This document shows positions 8,879 through 18,945 of a DNA stretch of 64,000 nt, one piece after another. Made by a program: the position numbers and the translations under genes. The notes under the pieces were generated by a model that had not been told where the DNA came from, did not search any database, and was given only the letters and a program-made list of their open reading frames with translations. The DNA lies in assembly GCA_963717145.1 (NCBI GenBank), contig OY970325.1, forward strand, positions 448,001-512,000. Reading direction: 5' to 3'. Position 1 is the first letter of the stretch; every line of letters begins with the position of its first letter. Source of the stretch: an uncultured Armatimonadetes bacterium. GTDB lineage: Bacteria; Armatimonadota; UBA5829; DTJY01.

Positions 8879-11547
8879 TGGCTCTGCACAAGGACTTTCC
8901 GGAATCACCTCACGCGATACTCGATCCGGCGATCCGCTGGTTCCCGGCAGACGAAGCTCTGCGCGAGAGCAGCATGGACAAGCTGCTGCCTCCTCTCGTC
9001 CCGGAACTTCGGAAGAAGGTGAAGGCCTGGAGAGAGAGCGGCTACGACAAGGCTACGGAGACAAGCCGCTCTTTGCTCAACTGGTGGTTCAAGACGCCGC
9101 ACCTTCTGCCCAAGTCCGACGGCACGATGGCCGAGTTCCAGTACTACTTCGCCCAGCGGGAAGCGCTGGAGACGATCATCTTTCTCTACGATGTTGTCGG
9201 AGTCAAAGACAAGTACGACATGATGCGCTTCGACGGCTCCGGCTTCGTATCCACCGGCATGTTCGACGAGGACTGGCGGCGCTTTGTCGTCAAGATGGCA
9301 ACCGGGGCGGGGAAGACCAAAGTGTTGAGCCTGGTCTTGGCGTGGAGCTTCTACCATAAGCTCTACGAGCCGGAGTCGGAACTGGCACGCAACTTCCTGG
9401 TGATCGCTCCAAATATCATAGTCCTCGATCGCATCTACAAGGACTTCAAGGGCCTGCGCATCTTCTTTGAGGATCCGGTGATACCGGATAACGGCATTGA
9501 CGGTCGCAACTGGCGTGATGACTTCCAGCTTACTCTGCACCTGCAGGACGATGTCCGCATCACTCATCCCACAGGTAACATATTCCTGACGAACATCCAT
9601 CGGGTCTATGCCGGTGATGACATTCCCCCTTCGCCCGAAGATGACAACACGATGGACTTCTTCCTGGGAAAGCGTCCGAGCGGCGCAACCACCGATTCCA
9701 AGGTCGATCTCGGGATGATCGTGCGGGATATCGATGAACTCGTTGTACTTAACGATGAGGCTCACCATATCCACGATCCGCGCATGGCCTGGTTCAAGTC
9801 CATTCAGGATATCCACAACCGCCTCAAGCAGAAGGGGGATGTGCTATCACTTCAGGTGGATGTCACCGCTACCCCAAGACACAACGATGGTGGGATCTTC
9901 GTGCAAACGGTCGCCGACTACCCCCTTGTCGAGGCGATCTGCCAGAACGTAGTCAAGCATCCTGTCCTTCCCGATGCACCGAGTCGTGCGAAGCTGCAGG
10001 AACGGCAGAGCCCCAGGTACACGGAGAAGTATGCCGACTACATAAACCTGGGCGTGACGGAATGGCGCAAGGCATATACCGAGCATGAGAAGATGGGCAA
10101 GAAGGCGATCCTGTTCGTCATGACCGACGACACCAAGAACTGCGATGATGTCGCGAAGTACCTGGAAGACACCTATGCCGATTTGAAAGGCGCAGTGCTG
10201 GTGATCCACACCAAAGACAATGGCGAGATCTCGGAGAGGAAGAAAGAGGACCTCGAAGTACTGCGCAAGCAGGCTAACGATATTGATGGAGAAGACAGTC
10301 CCTTTAAAGCCATCATCTCGGTTATGATGCTCAAAGAAGGATGGGACGTGCGCAATGTCACTACCATAGTCGGACTTCGGCCATACTCGGCGAAGAGCAA
10401 CATCCTCCCGGAGCAGACTCTTGGGAGGGGACTACGCCGCATGTATCCGGAGCAGTCCGTTCCCGAATTGGTTAGCGTCGTGGGTACGGACGCATTCATG
10501 GATTTCGTCGAGTCGATCCAGGCGGAAGGCGTCGTGCTCGAACGCCGGGCAATGGGCCAGGACACGGGCGCCATCACTCCCCTGGTCATCGAAGTGGACC
10601 AGGACAACGTGAAGAAGGATATCGATCAACTGGATATCGAGATTCCCGTGCTGAGTCCGCGAGTCTACCGTGAGTACAAGAACCTGAGCCAGCTAGATGA
10701 GACTGCCCTGGGTCATACCAAAGTGACCTACCGGCAGTTCAGCGAAGAGGAACAGCGGGAGATAGTCTTCCGGGACATCACGACCGGCGAGATCACACAC
10801 ACCACCATTCTCGATACGGCGGGCGTCGCGGACTATCGAAGCGTCATCGGCTACTTCGCTCAGACCATCATGAAGGACTTGCGCCTCGTCAGCGGCTATG
10901 ACGTTCTCTACGGCAAGGTCAAGGCCTTTGCTCAGGACCAGTTGTTTGACCAGCCGGTGGACCTTGAGACTCCGAACACCCTTCGCAACCTCTCCGAAGT
11001 ACCTGCGACGCGGACGCTGATCGAAACCTTCAAGAAGGCGATCAACGAGTTGACTATCCAGCAGAAAGGCGACGCTGAGATCAGGGATCACATCAAGTTG
11101 CGGGAGACTCGTCCCTTCGTGGTGAAGGAACAGGGGTACCTGATTCCGAGGAAGAGCATCTTCAACAAGATCATAGGCGACAGCGGCCTCGAACTCCTAT
11201 TCGCGGGTTTCCTGGACGACTGCGAAGACATCATCTCCTACGCCAAGAACTACCTGGCTGTGCGCTTCAAGCTGGACTATGTGAACGCCAACGGCGACAT
11301 CTCCAACTACTATCCCGATTTCCTGGTCAAGGCATCGGACCGCGAGGTCTTCATCGTGGAGACGAAGGGCCAGGAAGACCTCGATGTCCCGCTCAAGATG
11401 GAGCGGCTCAGGCAGTGGTGCGCGGATATCAACCATATCCAATCGGATGTTGTCTACGGTTACGTTTACGTTGACGAGGAAGGCTTCGAGAAGTATCGGC
11501 CCACGTCATTCCGGCAGCTGGTTGATGCGTTCCACGAGTACAAGTAG
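8878..11547 (+). CDS. res: Type III restriction endonuclease subunit (SF2 helicase-like ATPase + PD-(D/E)xK nuclease)
   Basis: KMATGAGKT Walker A, NDEAHH, LKEGWDV, QTLGRGLR, YYPDF...IVETKG. Confidence 0.92.
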   Translation: MALHKDFPESPHAILDPAIRWFPADEALRESSMDKLLPPLVPELRKKVKAWRESGYDKATETSRSLLNWWFKTPHLLPKSDGTMAEFQYYFAQREALETIIFLYDVVGVKDKYDMMRFDGSGFVSTGMFDEDWRRFVVKMATGAGKTKVLSLVLAWSFYHKLYEPESELARNFLVIAPNIIVLDRIYKDFKGLRIFFEDPVIPDNGIDGRNWRDDFQLTLHLQDDVRITHPTGNIFLTNIHRVYAGDDIPPSPEDDNTMDFFLGKRPSGATTDSKVDLGMIVRDIDELVVLNDEAHHIHDPRMAWFKSIQDIHNRLKQKGDVLSLQVDVTATPRHNDGGIFVQTVADYPLVEAICQNVVKHPVLPDAPSRAKLQERQSPRYTEKYADYINLGVTEWRKAYTEHEKMGKKAILFVMTDDTKNCDDVAKYLEDTYADLKGAVLVIHTKDNGEISERKKEDLEVLRKQANDIDGEDSPFKAIISVMMLKEGWDVRNVTTIVGLRPYSAKSNILPEQTLGRGLRRMYPEQSVPELVSVVGTDAFMDFVESIQAEGVVLERRAMGQDTGAITPLVIEVDQDNVKKDIDQLDIEIPVLSPRVYREYKNLSQLDETALGHTKVTYRQFSEEEQREIVFRDITTGEITHTTILDTAGVADYRSVIGYFAQTIMKDLRLVSGYDVLYGKVKAFAQDQLFDQPVDLETPNTLRNLSEVPATRTLIETFKKAINELTIQQKGDAEIRDHIKLRETRPFVVKEQGYLIPRKSIFNKIIGDSGLELLFAGFLDDCEDIISYAKNYLAVRFKLDYVNANGDISNYYPDFLVKASDREVFIVETKGQEDLDVPLKMERLRQWCADINHIQSDVVYGYVYVDEEGFEKYRPTSFRQLVDAFHEYK

Positions 11548-11595
11548 CCGACGTCGGATCGCCTCCCGGAGTCCAAGTCGGGCCTCAGGTGTATA

Positions 11596-11915
11596 GAAGT
11601 ATGACCTCCCGCTGTCAGCCGGAGACGATACTTCCATCGAAGTATGACCTCCGGGAGTCAGCCGGAGACGACTTGTCTATAGAAGTATGACCACCGGGAG
11701 TCAGCCGGAGACGATACTTCTATGGAAGTATGACCACCGGGAGTCAGCCGGAGACGACTTGTCAATAGAAGTATGACCACCGGGAGCTAGCCGGAGACGA
11801 CTTGTCTATAGAAGAATGACCACCGGGAGTCAGCCGGAGACGATACTTCTATGGAAGTATGACCACCGGGAGTCAGCCGGAGACGATACTTCTATGGAAG
11901 TATGACCACCGGGAG
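11596..11915. repeat. Tandem array A: ~7.4 copies of a 43-bp unit
   Basis: GAAGTATGAC starts at 11596, 11639, 11682, 11725, 11768, 11811, 11854, 11897; consensus GAAGTATGACCACCGGGAGTCAGCCGGAGACGA(TACTTC/CTTGTC)TAT(G/A). Confidence 0.95.
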
Positions 11916-12024
11916 ACGGCATCTGCTCATCATTCCCCCGCACGGACTGCTGCCCTCGGCAGCCCTCCGATCTGATCTTCGCCCCTTGTTCTCCTCTCGG
12001 CAAATGATATTGTCACAAGTTTCA

Positions 12025-12054
12025 CTAAAGCTCCCATTGTCATGACCCGACAAT
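12025..12054 (+). promoter_or_regulatory. Sigma28/SigD-like promoter
   Basis: CTAAAG-N16-CCGACAAT; equivalent element with the same spacing upstream of the paralog (34192-34163). Confidence 0.5.
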
Positions 12055-12273
12055 TGAATCGGCGGCTAATCTGTACCACAAGCCGCCGGGTTTTTGACCG
12101 ATCTGTGGGAAACCTCGCCAACCCTTCGTGTGGGAGTATGGGAGTGTGAGAGTGTGGGAGCATGGGAGTATGGGAGTGCGGGCGATCCGCGCTCCCACAC
12201 GCCCAGACTCCCACACGAAGGGTTTGGGGACGTCTCCGGGGCGGCTCGGTCACTTGAATGGAGGAAACTAGTT

Positions 12274-12951
12274 ATGGGTGATTGGATCCCCACTAAGGAC
12301 CTGGAACTCCAGGTATGGATGGACACGTTCCTGACCTACCTGAGCACGAATCTGGCGCACTTCGGGCTGGTGGCGGCGGATGTCCTCGATCTGACGGCTG
12401 CCTCGCCGGAGTTCAGCCAGGCGAGGGTTGCGGCGGAAGATGCCCGAATCGTGTATAAGGGCCTGGTTTCGGATAAGGGCGCCAAGCGCGATGCTCTCGT
12501 GGACCTGCTCAGGCCGATGGTCGCGCGGCTCCAGACCTTCCCCGCTACGACGAACCAGGACCGCGATTCGCTCGGGATTCCGAGACGCGGCGGGACATCC
12601 GCTGTCCCGCAGGCCATCGAACTGCTCCCGGACAGGCCGGTCGCAGGTATAAACATCGGCACGATCCGGAGGCATACGCTCCGCATCCAGAACGACATCG
12701 ATGGTACCATCACATCGGGCAAGCCCGAGGGCGTGAAAGCGGTCGAGGTCTGGGTGAAGGTCGGGGAAGCGCCGACGGGAGAGCCAGAGACGGACATGCG
12801 GTATGTGAACATGTCGACCAAGAATACGCTGGCGGTGGCGTTCGCGCCGGAGGATGGAAACAAGCAGGCGCATTACAAGATGCGCTGGATCTATAACGGC
12901 GGTCAGAAGGGCGGCTGGTCCGAGCTCCAGAGCGCGACGATCGCGGCCTAG
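12274..12951 (+). CDS. Uncharacterised protein (predicted helical N-terminus + FN3/Ig-like C-terminus), paralog 1
   Basis: GGAGG RBS; aligns over its full length with 33194..33856 (AHFGLV, DRDSLGI/DREALGI, MRW, WSE, ATIAA). Confidence 0.85.
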   Translation: MGDWIPTKDLELQVWMDTFLTYLSTNLAHFGLVAADVLDLTAASPEFSQARVAAEDARIVYKGLVSDKGAKRDALVDLLRPMVARLQTFPATTNQDRDSLGIPRRGGTSAVPQAIELLPDRPVAGINIGTIRRHTLRIQNDIDGTITSGKPEGVKAVEVWVKVGEAPTGEPETDMRYVNMSTKNTLAVAFAPEDGNKQAHYKMRWIYNGGQKGGWSELQSATIAA

Positions 12952-13105
12952 GGGAATGGTTGATGGTTGATGCCGGAGACCGGATGCCGGACGCCGGACA
13001 TGGCTGATGGCTGATGGTTGATGGCTGATGCCGGAGACCGGATACCGGAAATGGTTGATGGTTGATGGCTGATGGTTGATGCCGGAGACCGGATGCCGGA
13101 TGCCA
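12952..13105. repeat. Heptamer-repeat trailer (TGGTTGA/TGGCTGA and GCCGGAT/ACCGGAT)
   Basis: Direct reading; a closely similar trailer follows paralog 2 on the minus strand (33095-33193). Confidence 0.85.
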
Positions 13106-13146
13106 GGGGATTCTCTATGAGGAATCCAGGAATGCAGGAAGTGATC

Positions 13147-13176
13147 GGGGCGGGGGATGATTCCCCCGCCCCTTTT
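13147..13176 (+). terminator. Rho-independent terminator
   Basis: GGGGCGGGGGA-tgat-TCCCCCGCCCC-TTTT. Confidence 0.7.
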
Positions 13177-13236
13177 CGTCAGTCGATGGAGGTCGACTTC
13201 GTGCCTTGCCCAGGGTCGATTTCGATTCGTGCGGGC

Positions 13237-14830
13237 TCAGAAGCTGAAGTTGGCCGATGCTGCCAGGAACGTGCCCTGTCTTTGTACGGATACTGTCTTG
13301 ATCTCAGAGGCCGTCGTCGTATCTCCAACAGATACGCCGTTGAGCCTTTCCACCTTTCCGACAGCCAATCCGTACGTAAGGAACACCCGCGTCCTTCCCG
13401 TGCGGTGCGTTCCTCCGATCACAGCGGTGACTCCCAGCAGATATCGGACAGGATCTTTGGCGACCACTCCGAAGGTAATAGCAGGTGTGACAGATTGGTC
13501 TTTCAGGCAGTAGAAATGAGCCAAGGCAGCAGCCCCTATGTCAAGTCTGTCTGATGCACCCTCCTGGATGACCGTGGTAAAGTCGGTGGGCGGGTTCTTC
13601 GGCCCGACGATATAGTTGCGCTTCTTCAAGTTGGTGCCAGCCAGTCCGAGGCTGTAGTCGAGAATCCAGCGCCCGTAGACCGGGATAGTCTCTTCCGCCC
13701 GAGATGGCTTCGTGCCGCTGGTATCGGCTGTGGAGGCGTCCTTTGTAGCCGAATCCCCGCCGCCGCCTGCCTTCGGAGTCTCGGGGGCGCTCTCTTCACC
13801 TCCGGCCGTCTTTTCCTTCACCTGGACGACGATCTTCAGTTCATCCTTTGTCGGGGTGCACGGGTAATCTTTGTAGGCAGGGCTGTCCATAATCGCGATG
13901 AACATGTCCCGTGCTTTCCCAAGTCTGAGCTTGATCTCACTCAGATCGTTCCGAACTCCCGTTCGCTGTTCGTTGGCAATTGCGAGCAACTGATTGACCT
14001 GGGCGTCAGCGCCTGCAAGATACTTCAGGAGTTGCTCCGCGTTGGCCGGTGGCGTTCCAGAAGAGGGGTCCAGGGTCGCGACGATCCCCGCATAAGACGT
14101 CTTCCATCCATTGTAGGCCTTTCGAAGATCTTGGTAGTCCTTTTCGAGCTTACGAAGCGCGATGTTTGCCGGCTTTGGTATATCCTCTGCCCAATCACGC
14201 AGTCCCTGAACGTCTGCGGAAGAGTAGTCGTTCTCGTATGGGCCGGGCCCCCAGTGCAGAGACGTTGGAAATCCAGTGTTGATGCCATCAACATTCTTCA
14301 GAAACTCGGCCGCTTTGTATCTCATCTGCGGGTTCGTGTCCGCCGACTTGACTTGCTTTGCCAGATCGTAATCCAGCGTTGCAGCTCTTTCGAGTTTCGG
14401 CGAGACGACGGCTTTTAGCATGAAGAGGGTGAACGCTTTTGTGAAATCCTCTAGTGGCGTGGTCCCTCCTATCAACTGCAAGGCTTGGACTGTCGCTGCG
14501 GGCACCTCTTATCGGAATCGTAACAGACTTCGATTTCAGTATGAAGTCCTCGAGCGGTTTCGGCATCGTAGCCGTATGGTAATCAGTCTCCGTCATCGTG
14601 ACTGCGTAGTCATTTCGGAGGGTGTTCCATCTGATCACCCGCAATACGACCGGAGAGTCGCATTGGAGCTGGCGTACGCCACCGCTCACTTCTTGTTTGC
14701 CATTGTCCCATGTGTCGCCGAACGTCATAGTCTTCGCGTCGAAGTAGATCATCCTCTCTCCCGCTGCCCAGGCCGAGGCCGAGCAGACGAGCGCGAGTAG
14801 TAGCAGAGCCAGTCCCAGCGTTTTGTACAT
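13237..14830 (-). CDS. Secreted/outer-membrane hypothetical protein (frameshift near 14510)
   Basis: Signal peptide MYKTLGLALLLLALVCSASAWA in ORF 14288..14920 continues into ORF 13237..14505 after a one-base shift; ends in amphipathic strands and terminal Phe. Confidence 0.65.
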
Positions 14831-15237
14831 GAAGTACCTCCTGTAATGTATTTGCAGACAGGCCGCCTGACTGCGTGCTCGGTAGGCTACGAGCAGCAGA
14901 CCATGCCGGCTTGCCCCCAAGATGCTTATCCGAGGGCATATGGCACGGTCGTCTGTAGTGCTACAGGTCAGTCGTTCTGAAAGTGTTAGAATAATAACGT
15001 CATCTTATCGACCTGTCAAGCAGTTTTTTGGCATCAAGAGAAGACTGGAACGCGTGTGCGGCAAATGCTTTCTGCGTCTCCGGGCTCAGGGCGGGGAGCT
15101 GGTCAATAGCACTCCGGAAGGCATTCCTGTGGAATGGGGTAGCTGTACTTCAAGCTCTTGCTTTTCTAAGGGTGTTGGTGCAACCCTGGCCCTCCGTGCC
15201 TCGGGCGGCACGGAGGGCACGCAGAGAAGCTCGGGAG

Positions 15238-16069
15238 CTATATCAGAGGGGGCAACGCGAGCGCGCCGCTGACGTGATAGATGCTCCTCCGCGCGTAATC
15301 GTAGACATCGATATTGACCTTGAAATCTATGATGTAACCGTCCCGGAAGGGAAACACGATCTCGCACATCCGGGTCACCGGCTCGGAGTTGCCGATCGTG
15401 AACTCGCAGTACCCGGTGATGCGAATATCGACGCCGCTCCTCGCAGACGTCAAGTACCGTTCGTAGGCTTGTCGGAACTCCCTCATGCGAATCCGGACCG
15501 CGCCTCCGGGATTGTCGGGATCCAGGAGCAGGAACTGCTCGGGGCCTTCATCCGGAAAATACATGTAGGAGTAGGGCGAGCCGAGCCTGAAGTCGACCAT
15601 CCCCATGACGGGATAGTACATCGCGAAGGTTGCATTACGGCTCTGAGTCCGGCTCGGTCCCCGGATTGGCAATACCGACGCGATGTTGAGTCCTGGCTGT
15701 TCCCTGGAGGGCGACACTGTGATGGCGACGGGCTTGGATGTGATCCCGGCAAGGATTCCGCCGTCCGCGCCGAACGCCTGGACCTCATAGGCTCACCGGC
15801 GGGAGGTTGACCCTCAGGCAAGCGCGGCCGGCGCCATCGGTCTGAGCGAGACTGACCGAGGGCGTTCTCGTTGTGTTCGAGAGATCGAGGGCTCTGAACC
15901 AGACGGTCTCGCCGGCGAGCGGCTGGTTCATGTCGCCGAGGGCATCGGCGCAGAGGCGGACGTTGCCGGAGTACATCAGCAGATCGCTGGTGTAGGTGAG
16001 AGTGGCTGCGGTTGCCGGCATGGTGATGCAGAGACCGGCGACCAGTAACATATAAAGCTTGAACTTCAT
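15238..16069 (-). CDS. Secreted paralog-array protein, copy 1 (frameshift near 15795)
   Basis: ORFs 15785..16069 and 15238..15717 together match copy 4 (NLPPGAYEVQ, EQFLLLDPDNPGGAVRIRM, DVYDYARRSIYH). Confidence 0.75.
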
Positions 16070-16101
16070 TTCAGTGTCCTCCTTGCGATATGACCTTTGC
16101 T

Positions 16102-16132
16102 GATGCTTCGGCAGTCTGGTGACGAAGCATCG
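16102..16132. promoter_or_regulatory. Leader hairpin GATGCTTCG...CGAAGCATC (before copy 1)
   Basis: Inverted repeat; related copies at 17850-17894 and 18829-18871. Confidence 0.6.
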
Positions 16133-16159
16133 TCAATACTCAACACCCAACATCCCGCG

Positions 16160-16964
16160 CTACAGGTACCAGTACCAGTACACCTTATCCGGCCAGCCGC
16201 CTGCGTGGTAGATAGTCCTCCGAGCGAAGTCCAGGACATCGACCTGGAATCCCAGGGTGTAGCCGTAATACGCCACGTGGCAGGTCGCCCTCACCGGCGC
16301 GGAGTTGCCGGCCTTGAACTCGCAGTACCCGATGAAGTGGCAGTCGTAGACCGGCGGCGGCGCAAATCGATACCGCAGGTAGGCCTGATGGAATCCCTGT
16401 ATGCGGATGCGTACGGGCCCGCCGGGGGCATCGGGATCCAGGAAGAGAAACTGCTGGTTGCGCGTCCTGGTGAAGTACATGTAGGAGTACGGCTCGGCGT
16501 CGATGTTGGTGGGATCTCCGTAGAACTCCAGGTAGAGCCCGAAGGTTGCGATCCTCGTGGAAGACTGTCCCCGCTCCTTGAGCGGCAGCTCTGCCCGACC
16601 ACGCCATGAGGTCCCCGCGGGTGGGATCCATCACGGTGAGCGCCACTGGGTCGGACGCAACCCCCATGCCAGAGGCCTGGAACTCATAGACCCCCGGCTG
16701 GAGGTTGGCTCTCAGGCATGCATACGCGCCGTTCGGCTGCCCGTAGCTCATGGGCGCGAGCCTGTTGATGTTGTAGACATCCACTGCGCTGAACAGGAAC
16801 GGCTCGCCGGTTATGGGGACGCCCATGTCATCGAGGCCCTGGACGCACAGCGGGACGCCGGCGTTCTGCTCAAAGAACAGGTCGCCGGTGTATGAGAGAC
16901 TGGATGCGGCTGCCGGTGTCGAGATACAGACGGCGAGCAGTAGCACGTAGAGCAGGGATTTCAT
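16160..16964 (-). CDS. Secreted paralog-array protein, copy 2 (frameshift between ~16555 and 16620)
   Basis: N-half in ORF 16185..16964, C-half in the frame of 16160..16480 (QQFLFLDPDAPGGPVRIRI, GYCEF, DFARRTIYH). Confidence 0.72.
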
Positions 16965-17016
16965 CTGCGTATCCTCCTTTGGTCGGATGGGTTATTGGCT
17001 GCCTGTAAACGGCGTT

Positions 17017-17817
17017 TCAATCCCAGGCCCACAAGGGCAGGCCTCCGGCATGGTAGATGCTCCTTCTTGCGTAGTCGTAGACATCGACGTCCATCCTTGT
17101 ACCGAGTGAGGAGAACACGATCTCGCCCCACCGGGTCGCGGGCTCGGAGTCGCCTATGGTGAAGTCACAGTAACCGATGAACCAGGTATCGAGATAGACA
17201 TAGCTGTCTGGCTTGATCTCCCGGTATCGATCATAGGCCTCCCGGAACTGCCTCATGCGGACGCGGACGGCGCCGCCGGGGTGATCCGGATCGAGGAGGA
17301 GGAACTGCTCGGTGCTTCCTTCCGTGTAATACTTGTACCCGTACGACATGGCGCTTGTGAAGAACATCGACGGCCATGCATAGTACATCCCGAAGGTTGC
17401 GAGCCGGCTCTGCGACTGGCCTGGCTCCCGGAGCTGCAGTGTACCTGAGTTGGCCTGCCAGGCAGCGTACCGGCCCACCACCGTGATTGCGACCGGCTGA
17501 GACATCGCGCCATCCGTGCCGAATGCCTGTGCCTCATAGACTCCCGGCGAGAGGTTGGCACTCAGGCATGTGTGTCCTGCGGAGTCGGTCTCTGCGATGC
17601 TTCCCGGGGCGGTGCGGGTGATGTTCCAGAGGTCGAGGGCACGGAACAGGACCGGCTCCCCGGCGGCCGGCTGGTCGAGGTCGTTCAGCCCCTCGGCGCA
17701 GAGGCGGACGTTGCCGGAGTACATCAGCAGATCGCTGGTGTAGGTGAGAGTGGCTGCGGTTGCCGGCATGGTGATGCAGAGACCGGCGACCAGTAACATA
17801 TAAAGCTTGAACTTCAT
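17017..17817 (-). CDS. Secreted paralog-array protein, copy 3
   Basis: Intact ORF with signal peptide, GGAGG RBS and family motifs. Confidence 0.8.
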   Translation of the reverse strand: MKFKLYMLLVAGLCITMPATAATLTYTSDLLMYSGNVRLCAEGLNDLDQPAAGEPVLFRALDLWNITRTAPGSIAETDSAGHTCLSANLSPGVYEAQAFGTDGAMSQPVAITVVGRYAAWQANSGTLQLREPGQSQSRLATFGMYYAWPSMFFTSAMSYGYKYYTEGSTEQFLLLDPDHPGGAVRVRMRQFREAYDRYREIKPDSYVYLDTWFIGYCDFTIGDSEPATRWGEIVFSSLGTRMDVDVYDYARRSIYHAGGLPLWAWD

Positions 17818-17916
17818 TTCAGTGTCCTCCTTGCCAAATACCCTTTCCGGATGCTTCGGTAGCAGGGGGGCCTGACGGCGCTGCCGGAGCATCGTCGGGC
17901 CGCGAGAAGCTCGGGC

Positions 17917-18750
17917 CTACATGAAAGGCAATATGGGCACGCCGCCAACGCGGTAGATGCTCCTCCGGGCGTAGTCGAAGACATCGACATTGAACCTGAG
18001 ATCGACGGTGTAGACGTCATTGAAGGGAAACACGATCTCGCACATCCGGGTCACCGGCTTGGAGTCGCCGATCGTGAACTCGCAGTAACCGGTGAAGCGT
18101 AGATCGATGCCGGTGAACGGAGACGTGAGGTACTTGGCGTAGACTTGCCGGAAGTCCCTCATGCGGATCCGGACCGCGCCTCCGGGGTTGTCGGGATCCA
18201 GGAGCAGGAACTGCTCCGTGCGCGCATCGGGAAGATAGATGTAGGAGAAGGGCGCGCCGGGCTTGATGATGACGCCTGCGGTGTAGGGATAGTAGAATGC
18301 GAAGGTTGCATTGCGATTCTGAGTCCGGACCGGTCCCCGGACCGGCAATATCGCCGCCAGGCTGAATCCTTCCAGCTCCGCGGGGGACACGACTGCGATG
18401 GCGACGGGCTTGGACCCGACTCCCGCAAGGATTCCGCCGTCCGCGCCGAATACCTGCACCTCATAGGCGCCCGGCGGGAGGTTGACCCGCAGGCATGCGC
18501 GGCCGGCGCCGTCTGTCTGAGCGACGCTGAGCACGGGCGTCCTCGTTGTGTTCCAGAGATCGAGGGCTCTGAACCAGACCGTCTCGCCGGCTACGGGCCC
18601 GCCGAGGTTGTCGACGGCATCGGCGCACAGGCGGACACTGCCGATGTCCATCATCAGATCGCCGGTGTAGGTGAGAGTGGCTGTGGCTGCCGGTGTGGAG
18701 ATGCAGAGACCGGCGAGGAGCAGCAGGCAGAGCAGGGACTTCATTTGCAT
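17917..18750 (-). CDS. Secreted paralog-array protein, copy 4
   Basis: Intact ORF with signal peptide, GGAGG RBS and family motifs. Confidence 0.8.
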   Translation of the reverse strand: MQMKSLLCLLLLAGLCISTPAATATLTYTGDLMMDIGSVRLCADAVDNLGGPVAGETVWFRALDLWNTTRTPVLSVAQTDGAGRACLRVNLPPGAYEVQVFGADGGILAGVGSKPVAIAVVSPAELEGFSLAAILPVRGPVRTQNRNATFAFYYPYTAGVIIKPGAPFSYIYLPDARTEQFLLLDPDNPGGAVRIRMRDFRQVYAKYLTSPFTGIDLRFTGYCEFTIGDSKPVTRMCEIVFPFNDVYTVDLRFNVDVFDYARRSIYRVGGVPILPFM

Positions 18751-18945
18751 TTCCTCCGTGATAGAGTGGTTGAGTAGTTGACCATCAAGGGTATACCCAC
18801 CTTTTAGGCATCCAAACCAAGGCTTTCAGATGCTTCGGCAGCAGAGGCCCGGCGGCGCTGCCGAAGCATCGACAAGTGATAGGGGTGGGGTCTCCGGATC
18901 GGGGTCCGTGTGCAGGAATCGCATGCACGGTAACCGAATGCAGAG

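Noticed and set aside
3883-11547. Prophage, integron or named integrative element
   Set aside because: No integrase, transposase, phage structural genes or attC-like sites were recognised
11596-11915. Array A as a CRISPR array
   Set aside because: No unique spacers: the variable ~10 bp alternates between two recurring variants, and no cas genes are in the window
15238-18750. Paralog array as a diversity-generating retroelement target
   Set aside because: No reverse transcriptase in the window and differences are not confined to adenines
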